From Dimorphilus gyrociliatus (lineage: Eukaryota > Animalia > Annelida): 64,000 bases of DNA. Where the stretch lies: contig CAJFCJ010000006.1 in the NCBI GenBank assembly GCA_904063045.1, forward strand, positions 4,418,408-4,482,407. Direction: 5' to 3'. The notes beneath the pieces are model-generated. The model was not told where the DNA came from. It saw nothing but the letters and a program-made list of their open reading frames with translations, and did not search any database. Below are positions 11,645 to 25,678 of the stretch, one piece after another. The first letter of the stretch is position 1, and each line of letters starts with the position of its first letter. A program made the translations under genes and the position numbers.

Positions 11645-12696
11645 ATGTTCGAAACACCAGATTTTAGTCATTTGCGAGACAAAGAATTTTCTGAAGTATA
11701 CGAACCAGCAGAAGATTCTTTTTTATTTTTAAATTCTCTTGAAGATGAATTCGACTACTTAGCCAAAATAAAGTACGTCATGTTATTCTAAAAATAGACA
11801 ATATTTCGCCCTTTTCGACCTTCATAGGCCAACAATCGTTTTGGAAATCGGTTGCGGGAGTGGAATAATAAGTACATTTGTTAAACGCCTCTTTCCATTT
11901 AGTTTTTGTATGTGAGTATTAGAGCTATGAATTGAGTGATTTTCAATTATTCTTTATTATATATTATTTTTCTAAAGCTGCACGGATATAAACTCATCAG
12001 CATCGAAGGCTGCTGTGATTTCCGCTGCACGTAATTTGGTGGATCTGAATGCGGTTACTTGCAATTTGGTAGGCTTAAAGAATTATTTAAAGTAATAGAT
12101 ATTAAGCCAAAAGGATTACCAAAGTCAATATCGTTGGTATAGTCTAATGAACAGTTGTTTGTGTACTTTGAGGACCTTGCCGAAACTTTTGAATAGCCCA
12201 TTAAATAAAAGCTTTATCCGAGGGAACGGTCTTTTTAATGACTTTCACCTCTAACATTATATCGTCTATATTATACATTTATTTCTTTCCTTAGGCTTCA
12301 CCTTTAGAGGATCGACTCTCTGGCAAGGTCGATTTGCTATTATTTAACCCACCCTACGTTGTTACACCCGATGAAGAAGTAGGTGGTAGAAATATATCGG
12401 CTGCATGGGCTGGAGGTGAAAAAGGCAGAAGAATTATTGATAAAGTTTTGCCACACGTTCCAAACATGCTGTCACCCTTGGGTGTTTTCTATATGGTAGT
12501 CATTAAAGAGAATAATATAGGTTTGTTAAAAATAAACAAGAGCACCCTCCGTTTGATTTTTAATGACACTGGCTTTGTTATAGATGAAATAGAAGAGAAA
12601 ATGAGGATATTTAACATGAAAATGACTTGCGTTCGAAGTACCAGAACTGGGCCTGAATTTTTGAGTGTTTTAAAATTTACTTTCGATAGAAGTTGA
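11645..12696 (+). CDS. N6AMT1: HemK2/N6AMT1 (eRF1 glutamine methyltransferase catalytic subunit), 5 exons
   Basis: MFETPDFSHL..VYEPAEDSFL, LEIGCGSG (SAM binding), CTDIN, NPPY and AWAGGEKGR; GT-AG introns. Confidence 0.92.
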
Positions 12697-13038
12697 TATC
12701 CTATCATTTATGTTATATTACCTAATAAAATATCTATCGTTATATCAATTTCATCCAATGGAAATTTGCTGAGAAGCCGATAGACATCACTAGGTTAATT
12801 ACAAGATCTTAATTATCTATACGAAAGTCGTTAGTCAATTATTATACAAGTTGTTTACTCATTCAACTCATCGAGCTGTCGTTTATCTCATAAATATTAT
12901 AAGCCTATAGGACGATCATTTCAGTATTCTTCAAAAAAAGAAATCTACTATTTCTATTGATTATCAAGACCTGTATATTTGTGTAAATAAGTGTTGCATT
13001 TTTTATATGTTCTTATGATATTGTCAAACTGTATATGT

Positions 13039-13053
13039 AACGCCATCTGCTGT
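13039..13053 (-). promoter_or_regulatory. CTCF-like motif ACAGCAGATGGCGTT downstream of N6AMT1
   Basis: Resembles the CTCF core CCAGCAGRKGGCG; shares an identical 14-mer with the site at 44654-44668. Confidence 0.5.
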
Positions 13054-13481
13054 ATAAAATATAAAGTAGTATGCTCTTGAAATTGGCCAACATCGGTAAA
13101 AGCTATTCTTTGCATAGTAATTGCTTATTAGTAGTTTTAACGATTTCACCTTTGGGTTATTTTTTGACCTTGAGTCAATAAACTTTATTTAATATTCATA
13201 GTTTATTTTGCGTCTACAAAAATCATTGATTTACCGAAAAAACTGTAAATTAAAAAATAGTAAAGAAGATTCCCGAAGGCTTACATTCAATAGAAAATTA
13301 TTAGAATCGATATATCAAGAAATTGAAATTATCTTAGAAAACGCAATATTTTTCTCTTCTCTTCCTTCACAATTACGAAGGTAATGATTTTCATTAATAT
13401 CGTTGAGAGGAGAAAATCACAGTTGCCCCATAATCTTCATTATACAAGAGGAAATATTATAGACAATTAAATAGCTCTCTT

Positions 13482-13530
13482 TATATATATATATATATAT
13501 ATATACTGTATATATATATATATATATATA
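13482..13530. repeat. (TA)n microsatellite interrupted by CTG
   Basis: Seen directly; TACTGTA at 13504-13510. Confidence 0.9.
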
Positions 13531-14530
13531 CATATATCTAAAAAAAGCATGAATTTAAATAGACCAACTACATTTAGCTAGTAATATAAATGCATTGATA
13601 CATGCAAAATACGCTCTGAATATAGAGTATTCATTTTCTATGTAAAGAAAACTATATAGTGGTCATTTTCTTTATGTTCCATTCTTGTTATTCTATATAT
13701 ATATATATATATATATACTGTATATATTGTATACTAAATTAGTATTTTTGTTCATTGAAAGCTATAAATTAGTATGAGAAACAAAACTGAGAGAATAGGA
13801 GAAGTAATTAAATTCTTAAATCATTTCTTTTTTTCTCGTATAATATTTCGCTGAGGTTGGAGATTTTTTACTATTTTCGCATCGAATGGCAGCATATGCT
13901 ATATGATTAGAAGAGAGAAAAAAAGAGAAAAAAAAACAATAACAACAACAACAATGAAAAGACAAAAAAGGAAAGCGTACGCAAGACTTGAACGACTTTT
14001 GTTTCCGTAAATACATTTTTAACCGTAACCGAAAGACCTAAAGGCATGGTAAAAAAATAATAACATTCCTGTTTTTTTTTTTTTTGCCTTTCCATTTCTC
14101 TCCTTCCGCTTCTCTCTCTCTCTCTCTCTCTTGCCCTACGATCTTTCAATATTCTTATGATTTCGTACTTAATTGCGAATGCTTTTAGTTATTTGACTTA
14201 TAAAGTAAATTGACTTTTGACAAAGTATAATCAAAAAGGGACGACTTTATTTACAGATAATATCTACAGCAAGTGAATTGAATAAGCTTAATATAGTGTA
14301 TAAAATATAAAAAATATAAAACGTCTACATACATCTATTTGGAGAATAAACAAAGTCTGCCTAAATTCTTATTTCCTCAAACATGCAAGCGAATAGAGAC
14401 CTTATAGGGTTAGATGAAGCCCTCGGAAGGCAGTCTATTAATATAGGTTCCGGCGTCAACTAATTGCCAATTCTGTTCAAGTAATTGGCGAAAAATATGC
14501 AAAAAAAGAACAAACACGTTTTCATCTTGC

Positions 14531-15642
14531 TTATACGGCTCCATTGTTTGTATTTATCATGGGAATAGTTGTGAAATCCGTGTGTTGTTGGTTTTTTATT
14601 GGAATTCCGAAGCAAAAGTTAAGTTTCAGCCGAAAAACTCTTCGAAATTTCTTTCCAAAGACAGCATAAAGGAAGAAGTTGACTGCTGAGTTACTTATTA
14701 CCATTAAATTTGATAGCGTATGTAGTCGAATCAAATTAGGACTTTCACGAACTTCCGCCGATGAGTATATCGCTCCGCATATGTTATCAGGAATCGAAGG
14801 CAATTGACAGACAAGGAATGTTCCAACAACAATTATGATAACAACAGTTATATTATGCTCCTGAGCAGAGTGCTTAGATTGCTGCATGTTCCGATTGGCT
14901 CTGTGCAAAGTTCTAACAAGAGCTGCATTCAGACAAAGTAGAAAAAGGAATGGGCCTATAACAATTATGATGGTGTACATATAAACTTTATAAATATAGT
15001 TATATAGTTGATTATCTCCTAAAGCTGTTAGCATTTGAACTGTGGTGTTATTATCATTTGTATCGCTAAGTTTAAATTCGAACCATCTTGGAACATTATA
15101 GATCAAAGAGATAAGAATAACGAGAATAGCATATCTGCGAGCACGTTTTACTGTGCATAGTTTGTTTGCTTTCAGGGGTTTGCAGACGACTATGTAACGT
15201 TCGATTGTGAAAGCAACAGTTATGAACACACTGCAAGTCTGGGCTGTGAGAGCCAGAGGATAAGCGTAGGGATTCATTCTGGGAAATATCTCTGAGTTAT
15301 AGAAATCCAATTGATCAGTGTAATTACTTATAGCAGGTAATGAGAAGCAGAGTAGCATCGAAACCAGAACCAACATATCAACTGGAATAAGGATGTGTCA
15401 AATACAAACAAATTTCTCTCTTTTTTTTACTAATTAGTCGGAATAGAGAATACGAGGAAACACTTACCGACAGCTAAGCAAATAAGATAAACTGATGTTG
15501 ACGATCTAAATCGATGGTCAGATAAAACGATTATAGATAATACATTTCCCAAAAGTCCTAATGCTGAAATAAGGGATCCAGAGACACCCCAAGCTCCGTA
15601 TTGTAAGGCGGAGGCGTCGTAGATTAATCCAGAAGAGTTCAT
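14531..15642 (-). CDS. Rhodopsin-class peptide GPCR, FMRFamide-receptor-like; 2 coding exons
   Basis: TM1 GLLGNVLSIIVL, TM2 YLICLAV|VDML across a phase-1 intron, TM3 AFTIERYIVVCKPL, TM4 YNVPRWFE, TM6 FLVCQLP, TM7 NSAVNFFLY..FGKKFR. Confidence 0.88.
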
Positions 15643-18600
15643 TTCTATAGTTTCAGAATTTCTATCGATGACTAAAAAGCCTTTGCGATGCGACCTATGA
15701 CCGTTATTCCGTTTATAGAACAGCAGGAAGCCTAATTGAATTCTTTCTTTTTTTCACTAACAGCTTTAGATAAGCGATTAATAATCGTTGATTATTTCTT
15801 GTCGGATGCAGGAAAGGAAATGATCGCTTCCTTTTATTTTCCAAAGTTAAGAGTCCAAGTAGCCAATTTCAACAAAATTAGTAACAATATTAAGCGCAAT
15901 AAGTAGACATAGAGAGTAGGAGCACTGATAAAGAAATAAGACAGCAACTGCAAAATTACGGTTCCTACTGCAGCGCTCGATGTGCGTCCTTTAACTGCTA
16001 GAAAATTTTTTAGTCCGGTACATAAACTTAAAAAATTAACATTTTATATAAACTAGATGTACTTTGGAAAGTACTTAAATAATTGTAAAAGCTGTACAGA
16101 TTTTAATTATCTTAGGTTGTCTGTTATAAAAATATATTAATGTATATATATATATAGATATATTAGTATATATATATTTATATATTACTAATATATCAAT
16201 TTATATATTAGTACATCTATATATATTACAGCAGCCACAATATACTATGACTACATAAATATCAATTTAAATGAATAGAAAAGTAATTTGTTAATCTAGC
16301 CTACGTTTTTTTTTTCGTATCACAAAGTTTTTTACCCTTTTTTATTACCTTGAAGAAGATAATATTTTGGTAAAAAAAATATGAATATTTATATATGAAT
16401 ATAATATTTATATTTATAAAGAGCGTATGCTTCCTCCCTGCGTACATGTGTGCTCGTAATATACAGCATATATATATATATATATATATATTGTGGAATA
16501 GGAAATACAGACGGCGTGCTATGTAGAATTTAGCCGTCTTTTTTTGTATAAAAAGAAAAAGTTGGCTTGTGGGAGTTTCATTTAATTATTGTAAACAAAC
16601 TTTACATAAAATATTCATTATTAATTGATCTAGTTAAAAATTTTTACTATATTATTCATATTTTAGACAGTAGATGATTTGAAGATGAAAAAGTGAGATT
16701 GAACGTTAACAGAGAGAGAGAGAAACAGGGTGGAGGGAAAGAGAGTATTTGTATGTTTAGGTGTAATAGAGAGAAATATAGTAGAGAAACACACATGGAT
16801 AAGAATTTAATAAAAACTATATACATTATATAGTCTATATACTTTTTTTTTGAATACTTAGATCTGAGCAGCCCATTTTATTACAGTTTTGCTATAAATA
16901 TGGCTTCATCCACAGCTGTTTTTTTTTTAGAAAGCTTATAAGTTAGCATTTAAAGCTGGACTTTTGGATGGAAATAAATTATCTTTTTATTATAAACGTC
17001 AGTTCATTTAAACGTTTATAGGCTCATATTATGATGTTAAATAAAAGGTCATAATGTACACTTACTTCAATTCAACAGACTGTGTAGAAATATAGTGTTC
17101 TAAATATCTGCTACATGAGAAAAGTGGCTTTTCGTTCATCACATTTTCACCTTCGATTCGAGTTAATTTATATTTTTTTACAAATTAATGCTTTTTTTCT
17201 GTTTCTAAAACATCAACACCTTTTTCCTTCCTTCCTTATACATTTCTTTTTTTTTTTATCAATGACGCAGTATCTGGTTTAGCTTTAGTTTAAGATAATA
17301 AAACACTAATGCTTTATAGTTTCTTTATCAAACAATAATTACACTTTTCGTTTTCTACAAGGTCAAGACAGGCTTTGAGAAGATTTTTCTTATTTTCCTA
17401 TTTTTCACAGATAAGATAAAGGAAAATGTGGATTGGAAAGGAATTAGGAAGAGTTTTCATAAAGGTTTTTATTGTTTACGTTTTATATTTATCTGCGTTC
17501 GTCACGCGGTAACCTAGTTTCTTTTCTTTTTTTTGTTGTTTCTCAACGTTTTTCTTTTTCTTACCCAGCAGATAGAAAAGTACTATGAGTAAGATTAGTT
17601 TGGAACGTCAGAGTCGAGGGGGAAGAGGGAAGAGAGTAAGAATTAGAGTTAGAGAGACAGAGAGAGAGGGAGACAAAGAGACGGAGAGAGAGAGTACGAG
17701 AGCGGTGTTAACAACAACTCGAAATGGTATTTATGGAGAAATGACAGCTGTTCCCATTAACATAGTCCTTAAAGACAAAAGAATCCATGTTATCCGTCAA
17801 ATTAAATAGATAAGGAATACTTAACGTTTTGCGCAAGTATCAGCCAAAAGAAAATAAGCGATAGTGATACCATACACTGGAGATCGTGCGGATTAAGGGA
17901 ATTTAACAAAAAGTATTGGATCTCGACAAAGAGACGCTACAAAGAACAAAATATTTTGTTAAGACACCAAAAACATAAGCGCGTTTAAGAATTTTTCGTA
18001 AAAACAATGTTATGGTTTGTTTACATAAACATTGTAATTGATGAAAGTTGGATTTTAATGGTTGAAAGGAATCAAATATATTTTTGGCTTAACGTAATTA
18101 ATTTGTAACGTGATTTTGTTTAGCAAAGACGGGGAAAATTGTCACCAAATATAGCATTACAAAATATGATTAAGTATACAGTATATTATATTTTAGAAAA
18201 GCTTTTCCATTTAACTGAGCGTAAGGAAACGTTTCCCTTCAATTGATAAAATCTCTATCTCTTCAAAGTATATAATCTTCCCTTTTTTGACGGGGCTTTT
18301 GCATCCGATACTCATTCAATTAAGTGGTTCTATCTATTCTTAAAATTAAGTCAATATTCGTTTGTCTATAATCTATTTTTAAGGAAAAAAAAAGACTTGG
18401 TTATTAAACGAGAAAAGAAAAGAACGAAGGGAAAGAAAAGCAGAAAGGAAAAAGGAAAAAAAATGAAGCAAACAAAAAATAATAAACATTAATAATAATA
18501 TAGTAGCATCACGCATTAGACTTTTAGAATGGGATACGTTTATAAACTTTGAACGAATGATCGTTCAGGGAATGCCCTTCATTACTTTTTTTTGTTACAA

Positions 18601-21600
18601 GTTTAAATTAAAGGGAGAGAGAGAGAGAGAGAAATGGAAACTGTCTGTTTAACCGGAAAAAAGACTCTCTTTTTCCCCTTTTGTTGAATGTTTTCTTTTT
18701 TATCATGATTATCTCTTTCCAATAGCCCTTAGGGAATAAACAAAAAAGAAAGAGTAGGAAAAGGAAGGAGAAGGAGAAGGTGGACTATATAGTTTATCGC
18801 CTTTTTTTTATCACTATTCCCACCGAAAATAGTGTTTTTTCGAAGGCCTACACTTTTACTTATTCAAAACGTTAATATTTTTTAATAATATGTAGCTCAC
18901 ATATTATGTAATTTCCCTATTATTGTCAAATAATTAGTGGGTAATAAGCCCTTTTATAAATTAAGACTATGGCTAGAAAGCTTGATTATAGAGTAAAAAA
19001 GTGAAATAATAATGCGCATCTTTAATTATGTCGACTTATTAAGTCAGAAAATAAAAGATGACAAAAAAGCTCAAAAGTTGAAGGAGAAGGTGTTCTTTTT
19101 TCTAGATATAATAAATCATTCAGATTAATTACAGATTAAAATTTCTTTTATAGATTTCAATATTATATGCAAACCAGCACAAAAATAATATTAATCTATG
19201 GAATATTCGCTAGTCTTGTACGATATTTAAACTAATAAAAACGAATTCTTGAAGTAATCATTAAATATGCGTATATTTATATAAAATATAGTTATATTTC
19301 ATTACTTCAAATTGATGATCGTATAAGATCTATTAAAGAATGAGTTACGGAAGTATTATCATGAAAAAAAGACACCAAATATAATTCTGAAAGGTGACGG
19401 TTGCTAAGAAAATGTAATACGTCTTAGAGAGTGAAGGTCTTATAATTTATTTGTTAGGATTTTATAAAGTCGTCTCTTCCTTTCACAGAATGATTCTACT
19501 TTTGTTACAATCGTCAAAGAGAGATTCTTTATCAAATAAGATTTAGCGGAGGAGTAAAAAAAAAAGGTCATTTTGCTTATGGGATATCATAATCTTGACA
19601 AAGACGAGATACTCATCATATACAGGCTATAATCTTAAAGGAGACTACTTTCAACCATCTCTAGCTACCTATCATTTTCTTTCGACTACTAAATCAGCAT
19701 TTTAGCAGCAAGACGAATTATTATAAATTTTATTTCTCTACCTCTCAGAGACATTTTTAATATATATACTGTATATATACAGTATTTATGATAAAGACTG
19801 GATATAACCGATATTTATAGAAATTATGTTTATATTACATATAGCTCTTTATTTACCATTGTCTCTACACACAACATACTGTATACTATCATCATATTTT
19901 ATCTGTACTAGTAAAAATTGGAAGAATATAAAGATAATAAGAGAAGAAGAGCAGAAAGGGAAGAAGAATGAGGAGGAGGGGCAAGAGGAGAAGAGGGAGA
20001 AGGGGGAAGAGGAAAAGCAGTTGGAAAGAGAAACGGAAGACAGAAAGTAAATAAGAAAAATATTTAATTTTCAAAGATATAATTAATATTAATAATTCAT
20101 TTTCTTATTAATTACGAAATTAGTTCATTTATATAAAAAAAAGACATAATTTTCCAAATTGCATAAAAAGTAGAATATTCGTTTAAATTTATAATGATGA
20201 AAGAAAACATCTGTGAATATATTTTCTTTTAGTAGTAGAAGTATCTTTTTTAGACGGAAAAATCAATAATTTTTAAACATATCTACTGTCCATATTCGTA
20301 TATAAATTAAAAATCTTGGTATAAGATAAACAAACTTATACAAACATAAACTATATGTATAAGTTTAATAATATACATGTTTATTGAAAAACAACACAAA
20401 ATTACCTTGATTTATACCAAATATGCAAATAATGTATTCATTTCGAAATAAAAGAATATAAATATATTACTCTTTTATCTTCAGGGGATTAAATGACAAT
20501 ATTAAATTATTTTACATCCTAAAATCATTAATTATCAATACGTTTTTATAAATAGAACAAGACATATAGATATTTTTTTCACGGAATTAGGTAAATTTTG
20601 GTTTAATCAATAATCACGTTTGCTTTCATTAACTCTATATTTAGTATCATTTTTTTGTATACCGTATACTTAATCTATACTTGGCTAATTCTTTCTCTAT
20701 TTTGTTTGAAGGAGTTAATTCATACTGTGATTTAAAAGGTTGATGAACTAGGTGTAAATTCATAGAATACTATTTAAAAAGCAATGTACTTGTACACTAA
20801 ATATATCTATTTTATATATAAAAGATAACAGAAAGAATATATAGCCCACTTTCTATTTTTAGAAGGACTGTAAATAAAATTAATTATTGGAAAGATGAAG
20901 CTGACTATATTTGCTGTTTTCTTTTAAATTAGTCAATTCTTGAGCATATGCATAATTTTCTAAAGCCGAAAAGGTAGTCATTTTTTAATATTTTATTAAT
21001 ATAATTTTTTCTTCTACCATTGATAAATATCATAAATAAAAGAGACAACTTTAGAATGATTAATCACGCCCTTTTTTTTTTCTTTTGACATCCTCCCTTT
21101 ACTACATTCTCCTCCACCCATTCTTTTTCTTAGTTTCTCTTTCTCTATCTATCCATCAGTCTATCAATCTATTAATCTACGTCTATAAATCTTTCGATCT
21201 AACTGTACTCGAATAGTTCATTGTCATCAAAGTTTTATGGAAATTTTTCATTTTTTCAACTTCAAAAGGCTACAAATTGGAAAGTTTCTCTTTTATATCC
21301 TTCAATAATTTCCATATACTTTTGATGATATTATTTCACTAATTAATTTTTGTTTATTAAATAGCTTGATTTTTTTATTTATTAAAAAAAATATCAATTT
21401 CTCTACTATAAAGTTATCTTTGTATTTATTCATTGAAAATAGACCGAAATAAGACCGAAATGGTATTATTTTTTTTCTACCAATCTACCAATAATACTAC
21501 ATTAAATCATGGGAAAATTTGTTCTTTTTAAGTTGGTGATTCTCTTTTATAGAATTATTTTACATTTTATAAATTCAATTGCTGTAGGCCGTCAATAAAT

Positions 21601-23364
21601 AAGATAGAGTTACGTTATCTTAATCTACTTTTACAGTTAATCTACATGGAGTGTATAGTATATTCAAGGCATTAGGCAAAATTAAGTTATATTAAGGTTA
21701 TATTCTCCTTTCGTACGTAACTTTATAAGAAAGTATCTTTTTAGGTCGTCGGTATTCTCTATTTATATACAGTATATACAGTATATATACAAGAATATAC
21801 AGTATTTTCATATATCTTTATATTTATATAACTATATAAAAACTGATTAGAATTGGAAATTCTACTCCTTGTGAACTTTAATACTTTAATTTACATAAAT
21901 ATAGACGCTCTTCATCTATATTAAGGACGCTCTTGTAAGAAATCTTTTTAAAGTTAACGATAGATGGAGACATGGTGCTAGTACTCCCCCTGTTGGTTAG
22001 CACAGTAAGCAGTTGAATCAATCTAAAATACTATTAAATTTCCGTGAGTTTGAAAAATAATTGACTTTTTTAAGTTGGCATCTACTTTGCTCTGATAAAG
22101 AGGAGGATATCTGGATAATTAATTGTCTTTTCAAACTTTGCGTTTGTATAATCACGTGACAATTGTTTCAATCGGAGTACTTCCGTTTCCGTTCTTCCGC
22201 CGCAGTTTGTTTGTACTACGATTTGGTGAACGTTGGATACTCTAAGACAATTATATTTACGGAATGGAATTATCTATGTAATTATGTGCAGTAAATTTTC
22301 CTCTAACGGATTTATTTTATATTAACTTCTTTTTTCTTTTAAAGGTAAATATAACACAATTTATAACCGTACACAGAGGAAGGTATCCTCTTTTAAATAA
22401 TTAACAAAGTACAACTACAATTAGTGCGCTACGCCGCTTTTAATTTATTCAAAAACGGATATTAAACCTAAAATCGAAAGAAAAAAGTGGCTATTGACTC
22501 ATAACACTACTTGAACATTTTTTAACATTATAGTATAATAATAGGTTATCATCCGTTTTACGAGTACAGCACTTTTTCAGTGTGAAATTATTATTCATAA
22601 TCGTGTGCTTTTGAAGCTTTTTATCATAGAGATTAAATTTATAATATCTAAATATATCTAATATACAGTGTTTTCTTGTAGATAATGCAAAATATATATT
22701 GCGTAATTGTTAAAACTATAACTGGATAAGAAGAATAGCTTTTTTTTATTTTATATATCTATAGCGTATGCCTCTCTCGTCTTCTCTATCACGTTCTCCT
22801 AGCTATCCTATTACACTTTATCTTCTCTTTAAAGTATATAAAAAAAAAAACTGAACATATTTCAGAAGCCTAAATAAAAAAAAAGAATAAAAACAAAATA
22901 ACATTTCTTGAAAAGAACATCGAACGGTTTTTATTCTATCTATATTAGCTATTTATATATGAATTCATTTAAATAATGTATTAAATCAACTACAATTCTT
23001 TTTAATTATCAAATGAAAAAATGTTAACTATAGTGTAATAAATTAATAAATAATACTTTTTACGTATGCCAACAACGAAGACGATGATAGGAAAACTGAT
23101 AAATATAAAGGCTATTTTGTTTCTGTTATATATTATATTAGGTTGAATCACATATACAAGTAAATATATTTATATACTGTTAAGGTAATATGTGAAGCAA
23201 AATAGCTATAAAAGCGTGTTTTAAGTGCGCACTTTAACCGACAATAATGATATCCTGTATTCAATTTTATACGTCATGGACTACATCTTTAATATATCTC
23301 CATTTCTTACTAAGTTAATATCTCAATTTGGATTTAAAAATATATCTTTTACAGTAATTCCACG

Positions 23365-24047
23365 ATGAATGGTTCAGCAAAGGAAGCCGACGTTCAAAGC
23401 GGAAGTTAGTATTAATTTATTCAAAATAATTCTACTCATCCGTTAACAGATGCTAAAGAAACATTCAAAATCAACTAAGTTTAACAATTTATCGGACTTT
23501 TTTATATACTTTCCAAGTGTTGAACGCAAAATGAAATAAGCCTAATTTCTTCATTATTTTTCTTAAAAGTAATTACTGTTCTTCCCAATTTGATAGCTCA
23601 TGCTTTCCAATAATTCTTTTTCTTATCTCCTTGTTTATCCGATACGCGCCATGTGTACGTCATTATAACCCGAGAAGCAAACAAAGAACGTAGGATGGGG
23701 GCACTCATTACGGATTTCTTTTTGTGCTAAAGATAGCATGAATATTCATAAAAGCACTTTTCCGTATATCACTTCTCTCTTCTTATTATTATTATTGAGG
23801 AATTCCTATTGATCAACTAACTGACTGAGCTTAAAGTCAAAAATTGATCTATAAAAACTAATCAATTTCTCCTATATTTGGTGTTTAAGTAGTCGTCTTC
23901 TCATTCTATTGAAGTTTAAAATTTTACCATAAACTAAAAAAATCTAAGTTAACTTAATAACTATAAAAAAAACTTTCTTTCTAATAGAGTATTTTCTTTC
24001 TACGATATCGAATTCTAGAATTATGCGTATATTGTTTTGGTGTTTTC

Positions 24048-24087
<40 letters not shown>

Positions 24088-24625
24088 ACAATAGTCTGGA
24101 TATATAATATCTTAAAGAATGAAAGGAGAAATAGTATAAAAATTGTACTTTTTTTTAGGAAAATGAATATATTCTGTTTACATCACTCGGGAAAACTATA
24201 CTTTACGCATGTCTTCTCAGTTGTTTGATGTTAATTTAAACAACTAGATGGCGCTTCTCTACGTGACAAAAATATAAATATTTCACAATAGATTTTTGAC
24301 AATAGGCTTTTTGAACACCTACGTAAACTTTAACATTATAAAGAAATTCTTCGTAACTAATTCTTTATTGTCTGTCCTATTATTACTAAATGATCCATTT
24401 TATTACGTAGCGAAAACGAAGCATAGAATCAAATTACCAAACTTGAAAGATTTCCTACCAAAATTTCTCAGACGAAAACGGAAGTCGCGTGACGCTCTGA
24501 ACGAGGCAACGCCGTCAACGTCGAAAAATGACCGCCTAAATAGATCGACTGGTGCATTACATTTACTGGATGATGACATTCCAGTAAAAAGGTTTGTTGC
24601 AAAGTGTACACGCCGAATGAATTAA
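23365..24625 (+). CDS. Putative small basic protein from two exons (23365-23404 and 24411-24625); may be the 5' part of a longer gene
   Basis: The exon carrying ATG 23365 has acceptor TTTTACAG and donor GTTAGT and is phase-compatible with the acceptor at 24410. Upstream are a TCACGTGA site (22152) and an ETS-like TTCCG cluster (~22190-22200). No homologue recognised. Confidence 0.35.
24053..24083. repeat. (TC)n microsatellite
   Basis: Seen directly. Confidence 0.85.
24241..24255 (+). promoter_or_regulatory. CTCF-like motif CAACTAGATGGCGCT
   Basis: One mismatch from CCACTAGATGGCGCT, in otherwise AT-rich non-coding DNA. Confidence 0.55.
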
Positions 24626-25093
24626 ATACAACTTGACGGGAATTCCATTTTTCCTTAATATATATAGAGAGAGCACGCTACTAGCTAATAAAAGGCATTC
24701 CAAATCTGTCGAATGTTTGCTAAGTTCGAAAGGTATGGAGATCCCTAACGGACTGGATTTGAAAGGCGAACATCAGGTGAGATTTGTTTGTTATTAATTC
24801 TACTTATTTGTGATTGGCTTTCAACCGCGTCCTAGCGCGATTCATACGGTTCTATTAGGTGTGTCAACTCGTAATTGGATTACATCCTAATTTAACCGCC
24901 TTTGAACATTTACAATTGTTCTTTTTCATTGTTCACGTTGGCGAACGTTTCTTGGCCGTGTTTGATTCCGGTTTAAACAATACGCTTAATTGGCGTCTCC
25001 CACCCCTATTACTTTCGTCTTGAGGCTATTAGTAGGCTGGTAGTTCTGTAGGTGGCCATTCGAAAATTAGATCGTGACTAGAAAGAGCAGAAA

Positions 25094-25678
25094 ATGGAAG
25101 ATTACGATAGAGAGCCATTTGTTTACGAATCTGAAACCTCTCCCGGATTAAAATTGATAAGGCGGTCGACCTATTCTTTACTTATTCTAAAAGAGATACT
25201 AAAGAAGATAGCTCAGTCCAGGAAAGTAAAATGCGAGGAAGATGAGGAAAGAGATAGAGAGCCATTGAATGAGCCATTTGCCAGTGATTTACCGATTTTA
25301 GACCCGATAGATGAAAGCATTGTTAAAGAGAGAAGGACGGCGTCGCGCTTATGTGAAATCGAACGCCTCCTAAAACGTCTTGATTTAATTATATTTCGTC
25401 TTCTAGACGAAATAAGAACGATCAAAGGTTTGCTAAAAGCTTTGAAAAGAAGAATGCAACGACGAGAAGAATGCTTTTGCAATGAAATGCGTTTATACGC
25501 CCTAGAAGATAGATATTGTCAAACTCTGCAATCTGCAACATACTTATCCCGATTAAAAGTTGGACTGAATCGTGAAAAAGTCAGTCTAATTACTGGGAGT
25601 AATTATTGTAAAGTAGTCTGCAATGAACCGCGTAACGAGGTGGAAAACCAAGCGAGGCATGAAGACGAAACGCTTTAA
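25094..25678 (+). CDS. Single-exon orphan protein (194 aa) with a predicted coiled coil
   Basis: Long ORF with an ATG in AAAATGG context and coding-like composition in AT-rich DNA; three inverted CCAAT boxes upstream. No family recognised. Confidence 0.6.
   Translation: MEDYDREPFVYESETSPGLKLIRRSTYSLLILKEILKKIAQSRKVKCEEDEERDREPLNEPFASDLPILDPIDESIVKERRTASRLCEIERLLKRLDLIIFRLLDEIRTIKGLLKALKRRMQRREECFCNEMRLYALEDRYCQTLQSATYLSRLKVGLNREKVSLITGSNYCKVVCNEPRNEVENQARHEDETL

Noticed and set aside
12521-12583. Stop-free 3n introns (N6AMT1 12521-12583; eIF4A 57398-57451) as regulated retention events
   Set aside because: Expected occasionally by chance among many short introns; retention would disrupt conserved domains and nothing else supports it.
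17585-20074. ORFs 17585-17809, 19826-20050 and 19892-20074
   Set aside because: Produced by GA-rich microsatellite-like tracts; no splice or family support.
15700-23300. tRNA, snRNA, known miRNA or intact transposon in the long non-coding region upstream of the GPCR
   Set aside because: By eye I found no cloverleaf or T-loop, no U1/U2/U6 or conserved miRNA sequence, no transposase ORF and no long terminal repeats; a covariance-model scan was not possible.
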